Source: Macrostomum lignano
Lineage: Eukaryota
DNA length: 64,000 nt
Reading direction: 5' to 3'
Assembly (NCBI GenBank): GCA_002269645.1
Contig: NIVC01001315.1
Span: forward strand, 62,001-126,000
In this document: one piece after another, positions 1-11,716 of the stretch
Layout of the letters: the number at the start of each line of letters is the position of its first letter
Position numbering within the stretch: position 1 is the first letter of the stretch
Notes under the pieces: model-generated
What the model saw: only the letters and a program-made list of their open reading frames with translations
Told to the model about the DNA's origin: nothing
Databases searched by the model: none
Position numbers and translations under genes: made by a program

Positions 1-1902
1 AGAGCGGGACACGGCGTCTCTCTCCCTCCTACACGAGGAGAGGCCCCAGACTTGAAGAATCCCAGATCCCGCCGTTGCGACCCGTGGCGCGTAAAAGTAG
101 AGAATATTTCAAGGCAAGGAGGATGGGGAAGGGAGCTGAGAGCCATGCGGAACACGGGCTGGGCTGGGGCAGCCGGGGCTGCGAGGGAGAGAAGAGAGTC
201 GAGTTGAATCGCTGAGATGCGGCCGCTTGAATCAGATAATTGGCGGGCAGTCTATGCAGCCAGGCACTATCAAGAGTGCATCTCTGGGCCGGGGTTGCCA
301 CAGGGTCAAGGAGCAGCTCCGGTTCACCCGGCTGAAGCATTGTCAGCAAGTCCCGGAAGCTGCTAACTAATAGGCGGAACCAAGGCCAGGAACTGCTGCT
401 GCCTATGGCTTCTATGCTCACACTCTCCTACTGTGAGTAGAGATGCTTGCACTGCAAACTGCACGCAGTATAGAAAAATAGCAGAAAAAATGAAAGGAAA
501 GAATTGATACTGGCCAGTATGATTTTAGATTTTAAATCCAATTTAGTTTTCACAGCTCACCATGGATGCTGACGAGCTCCAAATCAGCAGCTGGCTGCTC
601 TTTGGCATTGGATTTCAGTTGCTGTGCACACGAGTGTATTAAGCATAAGTTTAAAGTTTAAAGATACAGTATTTAATTGATGATGACACTGTAATTCTCA
701 AAAAATTTACCATGCAAATGGCAATGATAATGTGAATGAAAGTATTCCAGTTCCCTGTAATTATATGAAGTTACAATGCCCAATGCTAATTGATAAAATA
801 TCAATTAGTAAGTACATTATAAATTTGAAATAAAAATTTATTAAATAAAAAAAGTAATTTTCAAAACCTATTTTTTTTGAAAGTGCAAAATAAATAAAAG
901 ATATGTAAAAAGGTAATTACTTGTGAGTATCAAATGCTTCAATAATTGTATAGCATAGCCCAACATGTGACTCTTCTATAATATTGGTTGTGAGTCACTA
1001 ATATGCCTGTATACAATAGTCTGGCCTATTTGAGTAACCTTTTATGTCATTAGCAACTCTTGCTAGCAACTTACTAGAGGTTGGGTGCACAAAATAGGCC
1101 AAGCTACCTACACAAAGCAGGATAGAATTTTTAAGATTTAAGGAAATCCCTTAGGTAATAATTTGCAAAAATTTTAATAAGAACCTTTGCATGGCTCTCA
1201 CAGTGAACTTTCTATTTACTACTAAAATATGCTCATATATTTGACTACTTGGATAATACTAACTGCTATAAAATAAATTTCAGTAGCTTCCTAAAGCCAA
1301 TAGCATTGAGCCAAGCACCATGGTTAATAAAAATAAAAGCCAACTTGTACTCTTTACTTAGAGCTTATAACTTTTACATTATAACAAAAACATTATTTTT
1401 GTTATGCTATATGACAAACATTTTCAGTGTATCCCTGACATAATAATCTTTCCTTTATTGGCAGTTTCATTTATATAATTTTGTATCTTAGATGTGCACA
1501 AGAGCTAAGTATGTAAGCAACTTTAGTCAGATGCTTGGCTTATATCTTTCTAGTGTATTACTAGGCATTTGGCATGAAATGCTAAATAAACTATTGGCCT
1601 ATTCTAGATTCCAACAGTCTTGAGTAGCTTTTTAGTTACCTTATATATATATTCATTCTAAATTCCTTAGCTAGCTACTGTTAAAAAGCTTAAAATAAAA
1701 CATTTTATATAGCTTGATTTTTTTACATATTGAACTTGACAAGTTTAAATAGTTTAAAGGATTTAGCATTGCAAGGTTACCAAATTTTCAGTTAATTTCT
1801 TTAAATTAACAGTTATTGATATTAGCTATTGCCAAAGTATGTAAATCCTATTACAAAAATCAATTAATATATAATATCTAGAATTTTTTTTAATGAGCTA
1901 CT

Positions 1903-2189
1903 TATTAGACTTTTTAATATATCGTAAGTGTTCATATAATATAATAATATTTATATTATGTAATAATAATATTTTTAGGGTAAACTCTATATTTTACTTT
2001 GCAATTGCACTATATACATAAAACTTTGCTTTAGCACTAATATGGTGCAATCTAACCCATTGACAAACAATCAGCTTTAGCTCTTGATGCTGTATGATTT
2101 CTTTTGCAGAAAGGTGACAGATTCCATTGCCAATATCTATATTACATTTGGCTTGTCTATCATCAAGACCTTTATAGTGTATGATAAGT

Positions 2190-2274
<85 letters not shown>

Positions 2275-3313
2275 GGTACTGCTCTCGCCGGCCATGCAAT
2301 AGCCAGAAAGGGGGGAGCAGTCAGAAAGCGCATCTCTGGGCCATTGCCCTCAGGAAGTCGCATCCCCCTGCTTGGTCTAGGGCGCCAGCGTCACTCATAA
2401 TAAGTAAGTACAAATACAAGTGCTTCAAAAATAGAGAACTGGGCCTTGAGGATAGACCTCATAGTGGGCACCCACCTAAACTCAATTATAATACCCTGGA
2501 AGTGCTCCTTGCAGAGAACAATCAGCAAACAATGGGCAAGTTGGCTGATATAAGCTAAATATGCACTAGATGACAATTGCTAATCACCTTTATCAGATGA
2601 AGATGAAAGCTAAACTTAGATGCAAGATGCCATATAAGCTTGGAGCCCATGATCTAGATAGCATTTATCTAGGTCATTACCTTAGTCAATCATACCAAAC
2701 TGATTGGCTGGATGATATGATCACTAGGGATGAGAACTAGTGCCTTAACCTCAATGTCCATTGCTGGCAATAATGATGTGGCCCTAGTAAAAAGCCAGAG
2801 TGAGAACTAAAATGTAAGCTTCATCCTAAGAAGTTCATACTGTCTGTCTTCTAGGATACCAAAGGAATCATGATGTAAGAGCTGTTGCCCAAGAACTAGA
2901 CAATCACTGCCAATTACTATCAGCATTAGCTAGACTATCTACAATAGGCTTTGACCAAGAAATGCTTGGAACATTGCAAAATAATCCTGCTATATGGGCA
3001 TGACAATATACTGGCATATAAGGCTTAGTCAATGCATAAGAAGCTGCTAGTGCTAGGTTAAGAGGTCTTCTTTAACCACCTTATAGCCCAGATCTTGCAT
3101 CTACGAGTACTAACTATTATCTTTTTGCTATGCTTAGCTAGTCAATGGCCCAATCAAGCTTCAAGGACAAGGAGGGCCTAAAGAAGCATCTGCATGACTT
3201 CTTTCACTCCAATAGCATAGAATAATATTATAAGAGCATCTATTCCCTGCATGCATGTTGGCAGGAGATTATTACCTTTGATATAAGAGAAACTTTTATA
3301 AATAATTCTAATA
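1903..3313 (+). mobile_element. Dead mariner (Tc1/mariner, DD34D-type) transposon, hypermutated; ends approximate
   Basis: Translation through stops gives mariner motifs: MLYDF..KVTDSIANIYITFG (2087-2150), FKNRELGLEDRPHSGHPPKL (about 2423-2480), ITRDEN* (=TGDExW, 2720), LHPKKF..SVF*D (2819-2857), HDN (2999-3007), LG*EV (3053-3067), PPYSPDLA (3076-3099). Putative right TIR ends ...ttctaata|ta at 3313; the left TIR (tattaga, about 1903) is weak. Confidence 0.9.
2194..2404 (-). mobile_element. 5'-truncated non-LTR retroelement/SINE 3' end with (TTG)n tail, inserted in the mariner ORF
   Basis: (CAA)n at 2191-2273 plus about 130 bp of GC-rich sequence, flanked by the direct duplication TAAGTACAA (2185-2193 and 2405-2413). 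Removing it restores the mariner frame VYDKYKYKCFKN. Confidence 0.7.
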
Positions 3314-4166
3314 TATTTCAATAATGTATTTAGACTACTTTTAAAATTTTTATATTTGGTTAAATAATTTATAATAATTTTATAGGCCTAATTAACAAAA
3401 ATTAATTATTATTATTATTGACAATGCTAATAAGACTAAAAATTCAATGAAAAAAAATATATATCCAACAAGATTTTGGATATATATATATGACATCATC
3501 ATAAACTATTTATTCTAATTTAACTAAATGCCCATTTAAAATTAATCCCTTTGATAGCTTTGCTTATATTAATGATCATATAAATACAATTTTTACTTAT
3601 ATATTTAAATGAATTAAATTATGAATTTTATTGCTTGTATATAATATGATTATCCTTTGATTTTTTAAATTTCTGCTACACTTCTTAAGTAGCCTACTTT
3701 AAAACAACCTTCTTTTTGTATTTAATCAATTATTTAGTTCTTAAGGCTTAAGTAAATAAATTATTTTTTTTTCTTTTATCTTATATTCATTGAGTAGTAC
3801 TCTATAAACATTTTTATATATTATTTGTTACTTAGCTAAAGAAAACAAAATATATTACATTTTGATTATAAGTCTATCTATTTTATACTGTTTTTAAATA
3901 TAAAATTCCTGTATTTTTGTATTAATAATAATAATAGATTAATACTTATAAATACCTGATTAATATCAATAATTAATAATTTTAGTCAACTTAAGATTAT
4001 TTTAACAATAAAAATAAGTTGTAAACAAAGATTTTTTTGTTTCAACATAATATTTACACTAACACATTTTATTTAATTTCGCCAATAATGTAAGTTGAAT
4101 TAAGATTTTCATTAATGATGCACTACACTATACTCTATAGTCTAGTTGCTCATTTTATTATAAATA

Positions 4167-7100
4167 GGGGTTCCAATGAGCTTCGTACAATGTGTCCCAA
4201 AAATGAAAAAACATACAAATGTGTGTTATGCAAATTGGATCAAAGAGGCACTAAATGATATAAATAAGTAAATCCAAAATATATGTCTGAAAGTATACAA
4301 AATATACTTTCCTATGAGTATTGAAACGATGTGTAATATGCCCTACAATAGAAGTTATAGGCACCAAAAGTTTAAGCAAAAAAACAAAAAAAAAACAGAA
4401 ATTTGTCCTTTATGAAAAATGGGGGTATGAAATACAAATTGAAATTTGAGCTTTTAAAAGAAAGAATATAACAAAATGGCTGTTGACTATACACAGAAAA
4501 TGATCTAAAAGATGAATTTTGGGGAAATCGGGATGAAATTTTTTCTAAATGCCCCTATACAGACAATGTAAAATTTTATTCTTTTTTTTCATTGCGTTAT
4601 TATGGGTGCGTTCGAGTGACTTAAAATGACTTAAACTGCCATTTTAACGTCCTTAGTAAAACAAATGTTAAGCAGACTAAATGTAAAAACAATCTAGGTA
4701 AATGATAGTCAAATTACAATTAAGAATTAATTCAATTTCTAAAACCGGTCTAAGATTAAAAAAACGTCGCCTATACTTCTTCCAACTCAACCTGAACGCC
4801 TAGGCACCGTTTTAACTTCGCTCGCAATTACCACATTTAATCGTAATTGAATATTTTGTATTCTTCACCTTTGTTCTATCATTTGCTTTCACGTCCTTTT
4901 GCTCAGTTCGCTACCTGGAAAAGCTGTTGGATTTCATAAATAGGGGCTTCAAATTACCAAAAGCAAAAAACCGCATCTCCTCAGCACCTTCTGCAAGGAA
5001 GATATAAATTTTCCATCAATACATATAAATTGTCATTGCCAAATGAAAAATCTGCCACAGTCAAAGGAATGATGCAGCTACAAGGATTTTATAGCTTTTT
5101 TGTATACATCATGCGATTCTAAATGACTGGAAGAGAGACACTTTCAAGGAAAGCTTTCCGCAAGGTCAAAAAAAAAATATTTTGTTGTGGTATATTTGTG
5201 TCTACTTATAGTAGACAAATGGAATTTAGCAACTACTAGCAATCTATGCCCCCCATTGGGGAGCCAAAGAAATTGATTTTTTTGATCTACAATTGATCTA
5301 CATGTAGCCTTGATATCTTAAAAAATCTGTCAAACTTCTTACCCTAACCCTAACCCCAACCCTAAATTTAATATTTTGTCCATGAGTTTTTGCATGGTGC
5401 TTCTATGATTTTTTGCATGACACTTCCATTATTTTTTTGCATGACGCTTCCATGATTTTTTCATCTGATGCTTCCATGAGCTAAGTTATAAGCTACCCTA
5501 ACCCTAGCCCTAACCCGAATCTTAACGCTATAACCCTGAACCTAACCCTAAACCTAAACTCTAATACCAACCCTAACACTAACCCTACAGCCTGACATCT
5601 GCATAAGTTTGTGATGCGCTAATAGTATTTTTAGCTTAGTATCTTAGCATTAAGGAGCCAAAAATGCAGTACAAGTTTTGTAATAAACTACATGTAGCAT
5701 CTCTTTGCAATATAGCTCAGTAGTCCCTTGTAAGCCTTGACATGTCAGCAATTCCCCCCACAAGCCTTAACATATCAATCCCCCCCCTTGACATCTCAGC
5801 AATGTCCCCATAAGCCTTGAAATCTAAAAAAATCTGTCAACTTTCTAACCCTAACCCTAGCCTAACCCTAACCCTAACCCTAACCCCAGCCCTAACCTTA
5901 AAGCATTGAAATTTCAGTAATTCTCTCCAAGAGTCATTATAGCACTACAGCATTATAGCAATTCCCTGCAAGCCTCGACATTGTAGGGATTCCCCAAATG
6001 AATCTCTTAACTTCGACATGAAGCTTATTTTATTTTTTATATTACGCTTTTCTATCAGCGATCCCTCCCCTGAGGAGGCATCAAATAATATAATAAAAAG
6101 TTTTCAATAAACTACATGTAGCTTCTGACTTTAGCCTTCACATCTCAGTTATTCCCCCATGAGCCTTGACATCTCAGCTATTTCCCCCGTAAGCCTTGAC
6201 ATGTCAGCGATGGCCCCCATAAACCTTGAAATCTGAAAAATCCCTTGTTAACCTTGAAACCCTCTAAAATCTAACCCTCAACCTACACCTGACCTAAACC
6301 TAACTTTAACCCAACCTAAAGCCTTGAATTCTCAGCAATTCTTCTCCCCTAAGCCTTGACATTTTAGTGATTCCTTCTTTAAGAATCACAGCACTATAAC
6401 GATTTCCACCAAGCTTTGACATTGTAGCAATTCCCAAATGAATCTTTTAACTTTGACATGACTTTTCTTTTATGTATACATAGTGCTACTTTTATTTTTT
6501 ACATGACTTCTTCTATCAGCGCCCCCCATGGCGAGCCAATAAAGAATGTAATAAAAAAATTGAGTAAAGTACATGTACTTTGAAATAGCTTCTGACTTTT
6601 GCTTTGACATCTCAGAAACCCTCCTCCCCCCTAATCTCATTTATTCTCCATGAGCCTTGACATCTCAGTAATTCTCTCCAGCACAGAACTATAGCTTCAT
6701 TTAATTTTCAATGTGAATTCTTCATTTATGTCGTATGGGGGTCAACAATGGAGGCTTCCGTTGGAAAGTCACTGGATTTTTTTGACCCTAGCATAAGATG
6801 ATCCCAACAAGCAACCCCTGGCATTTACCTGGTCAGCGACGCCAACTCTGTTTAATACATTGTTTAGTACATGTACAAGCAAAATACATTTCATTTTCAG
6901 AATCATTATTGAAGAAAAAATATTAACCAATAAAGAACATTTTAGGTGCTTGGACACACTACTTTAACTAGCTGAACAAGACAATATCATAAGCAGATTA
7001 AGAGAGGCTTGAAGAGATAATAAAGTATAAAAAGAAAGCAAAAAAATGACACCAAGCTTTTAGAAACTAGTCTAGGGAAAAAAAGAATGACAGGCAAAAG

Positions 7101-7328
7101 AATGCAAAAATTATATATTTTTTCGCAGAAAAGGTCACAAATTATAATACAAAAGTGCAATAGGAAATTGCGAAAAAAATATATAGTAAATATGGCATAA
7201 CTTTTTTTATTCCTTTGCCAAATCTAAAATGTGAGACCATTTTGGATTTTGGTCACAAAGATCTATCCAACATTCAACAATGTAAAAAACTATAAAAAAT
7301 AAAACTTCAAAAACCTCACTGGAACCCC
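4167..7328. mobile_element. Degenerate non-autonomous DNA transposon with TIRs and TA flanks, carrying internal telomere-like repeats
   Basis: TA|GGGGTTCCAATGAG (4165-4180) is inverted to CTCACTGGAACCCC|TA (7315-7330). Weaker inverted similarity lies further in. No ORF. Confidence 0.55.
5340..6320 (-). repeat. Interstitial degenerate (TTAGGG)n patches interleaved with an AAGCCTTGACATCTCAGCAATTCCC motif
   Basis: CCCTAA runs at about 5342-5365, 5498-5590, 5847-5900 and 6270-6320, e.g. aaccctaaccctagcctaaccctaaccctaaccctaacccc. Confidence 0.75.
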
Positions 7329-8224
7329 TATTAATTAAATATATACTAACCTAAGCAGCAAGCATTTATTATGTTTGCTGCTAGTAGAACTCTAATAGGC
7401 CTACTATAATATAACAAAAAAGTAAAGACAATATAATAAAGATAAAGATATAAACATTGTCATTGGTTGGGATAGAAAAGATAAGCACAATAATTTACTC
7501 AATTTGGAAGGCACAAATGATGCACACCTTTTCTCTATTATAAGTTGATTGATTTTTTCAATGAATTATATACTAATAAATTATCATACTCAAGCACATA
7601 TACTGTACACATGCATACATACATGCAAACATATATATATACACACTATAGTCTATCTATAGACCATAGCATATTGTCTATTGATATAATATACCCTAGG
7701 ATTTTGCAGCCCCTATTCAAAATTTTCTGGATTCACATTTGTGTTGTAAGTGTATGCAATGCCATTGTGTGGCAATGCTATAGGTCAACCTAAAAACTGT
7801 AAACTGTGAGTTATTAGGTAAACCTAATAACTCACTATGATAGTATTAACTATTTTATAGCTTGTAGGCCTAGGCCCTACACACAGACACAGTTAGATAA
7901 AAAGTAAGTCAATAACAGCAAAATACCAAAACATAGAGCTACTTCTGGAATTTTTAGAGAAGAGTAGCATAGATGATATTTAGTTCAGCTGGACAATTTC
8001 TTAGTTCTCAGACCTAGGACTATACTATAGATCTCAACGTTTTAACTCAATATAATAGGCCTAAGTTATTTAAGTTAAATTAACTACTAAAAGTACATTT
8101 TCTAAATTTAAAATAAAAATAACTTTTCTATTTGGTCTATACGACACCATTGCTGCTTTTTATAAAAAACTTTAGAATCTAACCTATAGATTTTAGTTTA
8201 TAACAGTTTTGGCGTAATATTTTA

Positions 8225-8618
8225 CGAAGAGCTTGCGTGCACGGCAGCCGTTCACGTAAGCTCAGAATTGCGTGCACGGCGGCTATCTACCTAGTGCTTT
8301 ATTTGCATGTATGCAGCCGTACACCTAGTGTTGTAATTGCGTGCACGGCAGCCGGCAATTGGCCGGGACTAGGGCCCTTAAATCCACGCATTGGCATTGG
8401 CAAACCTAATTAAAAAATATTTTTACTATATTGTTTTATAATGTTTTATCCCCCGTACACCATGGACTGCAAATGTAATCTTAATTCATTGTTTTTTTGT
8501 TAACTTGAATATTAATTCGAATAGTATATGACTTACTGTATAAGCCTATAAGATATAGCTCTGCCGTGCACGCAATTCTGAGCTTACGTGAACGGCGGCC
8601 GTGCACGCAAGCTCTTCG
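8225..8618. mobile_element. MITE with about 65-bp TIRs and 9-bp TSD (Mutator-like)
   Basis: CGAAGAGCTTGCGTGCACGGC...GCCGTGCACGCAAGCTCTTCG, with TSD AATATTTTA at 8216-8224 and 8619-8627. Confidence 0.9.
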
Positions 8619-9040
8619 AATATTTTAAGTGAAACTGTAACTTTGTTTAATTTTATTTAGTTTTAGTAGCCTACTTATAGTAGTTAGCGTTTTCGTTTTC
8701 GTTTTCGTTTTTATTTGGTAGTCGTGACCCTAGACTTACGGTACGTAACGTAGGTACCTTATTATCAGGGTTTTTTTTTGTGCGCAGAGTGTGCGTATGC
8801 ACCCTAAATTTTAAAATTGCACCCTGAAATTAAAAAAGTAGGTGCGGTTTAGGTGCGGTCTTATAACCATTTTTCTTTAAAGGCTTAACCATGCTTAAGC
8901 TATTTTTTATGCACTGCCTTAAAATATGAAACAAAATAACTCTTTAAATCCTATTAAGTCATATAGGCGATATAGCCTATAGCTATAGCCTTATGTAAGA
9001 TATTAAAATATACATTCCCAGTTGTCTGAAATGTGAGCAA

Positions 9041-11527
9041 TGTGAGGGTTTCACGAGAGATATTCAGACAAAGGCTCCCTAAAACACGCCCCACACCGGG
9101 CCCCGAACTGCTACACATTATAACATTTTTTGTCAATGCAGTATTTGATTTGATTGGAAAAGTTAAAATAGTAATGGAATAAATATCTTTATTTATTTTT
9201 TTAAATATTCTAATTTTTTATATTCTCGTTTTCATTATTAAATTATAATATTATTATTTTATTAATATTATTATTAATATCACTTATTGTTCACCGAATT
9301 TTATATTTCAAAGTAAAAAAAACTAAATTTAATAAAAACTTGAAGCTTAACAGAAAACGCATTCTGAAGTGTCTTTAGTTATAGTCCAATTTGTTTTAAT
9401 GTGTAGCGCTGCAGGGCGGTGCGGGGCGTGTTTTAGGGAGACCCATTCAGACAGACATTCAAAATGATTGTCTGTAACTTCAAACAAAATTGACCCGCTT
9501 CAACCATCTTTTTGGCAAATACTTACGCAAGTGTTGGGCGTCGAATAAGCTTTAATTTATTAACTGAAGTAAAAATCCTTCTGACATACATTGATTTAAA
9601 AATTGCTTAGCAACACTAGCTCTGATTAGAAATCGCTTTACTGTTGACTAAAATTGTTTTGATCGTAGCAGCCTAAAAGCAGATACTGGATTTAAAAATG
9701 CTTCAATTTACTCTATACGCATGTCTCAGCTTTAAAATGACACCTCAGGCGTCGCAAAAGACAGCTTTGATGCTGAGATATTCGACACTAAACATGCATT
9801 GCTTTGCGCAATCTCACATTCAGAAATTTCACTGATTTTTTGTCGATATTTGTGCAGTTGCCATGTCCTTGTTTTTCATCAGAATCTTGTCAAATTCTAG
9901 TCATGTCTATACGCATGTCTCAGCTTTAAAATGACACCTCAGGCATTGCAAAAGACAGCTTTGATGCTGAGATATTCGACACTAAACATTGCTTTGCTCA
10001 AACTCACATTCGGAAACTTCACTGATTTTTATTCAATATTTGTTCAGATGCTTGTCTACTTCTCCATTTATTAACCATCGCATGGAGCCTTGCTAACGTA
10101 CAAGTGTATGTAGTTACAGTAAATGGGGTTTTTGTGACTCACTTAAACTTGTTTACGCATTCTGCAGCTATTCGCCGCCTTTCATTAGAGTGATTCATGG
10201 AGTCCAGTTGATAAATTTCCACAAATTGGACTGCTTCTACGTCAGATCTCAACATTTGGAACTGTCCTTGAACTATTTCAGAGTTAAGTGAGCTAATGGC
10301 ATCAAATGGAAGGCTAGTGCTCGTACTTGGAAGCGAAGCAGGTTCACAATTGAAATGGTTGTATTCATGGCCATGGGATCTAAACTGATCTGTTTTACTT
10401 TCACGGTCGATTTGGTCTCAGAAGGAGCAGCAGTTGATGGACTGAGGTGAGAAGAAGATGTGTCACGATTTGAGCTGTTTTTAGAAAATATCTTTATCCA
10501 ATTAAATATTTTCATGCGGCTCCTTAGGTTGTTCCGAATTCCGAGTCTAGAAGTCAAGACAGAAAAAAAGTTAAGAACTGCTACTGTAGTCCGTAAGGAT
10601 TGGAAAGCTTAGCAGTACATTAGAAATCGCCTGTTCAATCTAAAAAGTTTGAAGTACATATAGCTATTGGGTTGCAACAACAGTAGAAAAAATTCTTCCT
10701 TTTTATTTTATTCCCACCGCTTACCTCATTCCGATTTGGATAGCAGAATTGCCACGCAAAAAAGTAAAAACATAACAATAAACTATTTGCTTCATATTAA
10801 TTGCCACTGACTGCTAATAAACGCGACGTCAATTTCTCTCAATAACAGTTGGAACATGTTTCTCGTACACTTGTATATTTATTTGAACCGCAAAGCAGTG
10901 AAAAAGTCATGATTGGTTGCCATATGTACAAATGTACACTCACAGACTCACTGACTCAGGTACAATCTATGCAATATAAAGGCAGGAATCATTAAAAATC
11001 AAATACTTAAGACAGTTTAAGAGAAGTCCAGGTTTAAACTGGACATGACTAGAATTTGACAAGTTTCTGATGAAAAACAAGGACACGGCAGCTGCACAAA
11101 TATCGACAAAAAATCAGTGAAATTTCTGAATGTGAGATTGCGCAAAGCAATGCATGTTTAGTGTCGAATATCTCAGCATCAAAGCTGTCTTTTGCGACGC
11201 CTGAGGTGTCATTTTAAAGCTGAGACATGCGTATAGAGTAAATTGAAGCATTTTTAAATCCAGTATCTGCTTTTAGGCTGCTACGATCAAAACAATTTTA
11301 GTCAACAGTAAAGCGATTTCTAATCAGAGCTAGTGTTGCTAAGCAATTTTTAAATCAATGTATGTCAGAAGGATTTTTACTTCAGTTAATAAATTAAAGC
11401 TTATTCGACGCCCAACACTTGCGTAAGTATTTGCCAAAAAGATGGTTGAAGTGGGTCAATTTTGTTTAAAGTTAAAGACGATCGTTTCGAATGTCTGTCT
11501 GAATATTTCTTGTGAAACCCTCACATT
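9041..11527. repeat. Long inverted repeat (foldback-like), arms 9041-9907 (interrupted) and 11041-11527
   Basis: 9445-9907 is the reverse complement of about 11041-11503 with few mismatches, and 9041-9070 pairs with about 11498-11527. A partial direct duplication of the arm follows at 9907-10040. Confidence 0.9.
9071..9444. mobile_element. MITE with 9-bp TSD nested in the left arm of the long inverted repeat
   Basis: TIR (AA)GGCTCCCTAAAACACGCCCC...GGGGCGTGTTTTAGGGAGACCC; TSD ATTCAGACA at 9062-9070 and 9445-9453. The right arm preserves the empty site. Confidence 0.9.
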
Positions 11528-11634
11528 CTAAACAAGACTCAAGAGAAATTGCACTCTGAGCCTTAAAATCGCACCTTGAAATTTGGCACAAGGTGCGATT
11601 TCGCACCTTATCTCTGGCGAAAAAAAAAACCCAG

Positions 11635-11716
11635 CTTATTATTAAGCGGAGGAAAAGAAACTAACAAGGATTCCCCTAGTAACGGCGAGTGAACGGGGAA
11701 GAGCCCAACACCGAAT
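11635..11716 (+). rRNA. Short 28S (LSU) rRNA 5'-region fragment, non-functional dispersed copy
   Basis: TTAAGCGGAGGAAAAGAAACTAACAAGGATTCCCCTAGTAACGGCGAGTGAACGGGGAAGAGCCCAACACCGAAT matches the conserved LSU segment at and after the ITS4 primer site. No other rDNA is nearby. Confidence 0.9.

Larger units (their letters stand above)
8766..11634. mobile_element. Non-autonomous hAT-type element (8-bp TSD) containing nested elements
   Basis: TIR CAGGGTTTTTTTTTTG / CGAAAAAAAAAACCCAG; TSD CTTATTAT at 8758-8765 and 11635-11642; repeated subterminal GCACC/GGTGC motifs at both ends. Confidence 0.8.

Noticed and set aside
29-421. 130-aa minus-strand ORF in GC-rich DNA at the window edge
   Set aside because: No recognisable domain or splice context, and it is cut off by the window start.
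4603-4800. GGGTGCGTTCG as a Harbinger-type TIR
   Set aside because: No convincing partner TIR or TSD found.
10273-10557. 94-aa ORF between the inverted-repeat arms as a transposase remnant
   Set aside because: No catalytic or dimerisation motif that I can identify.
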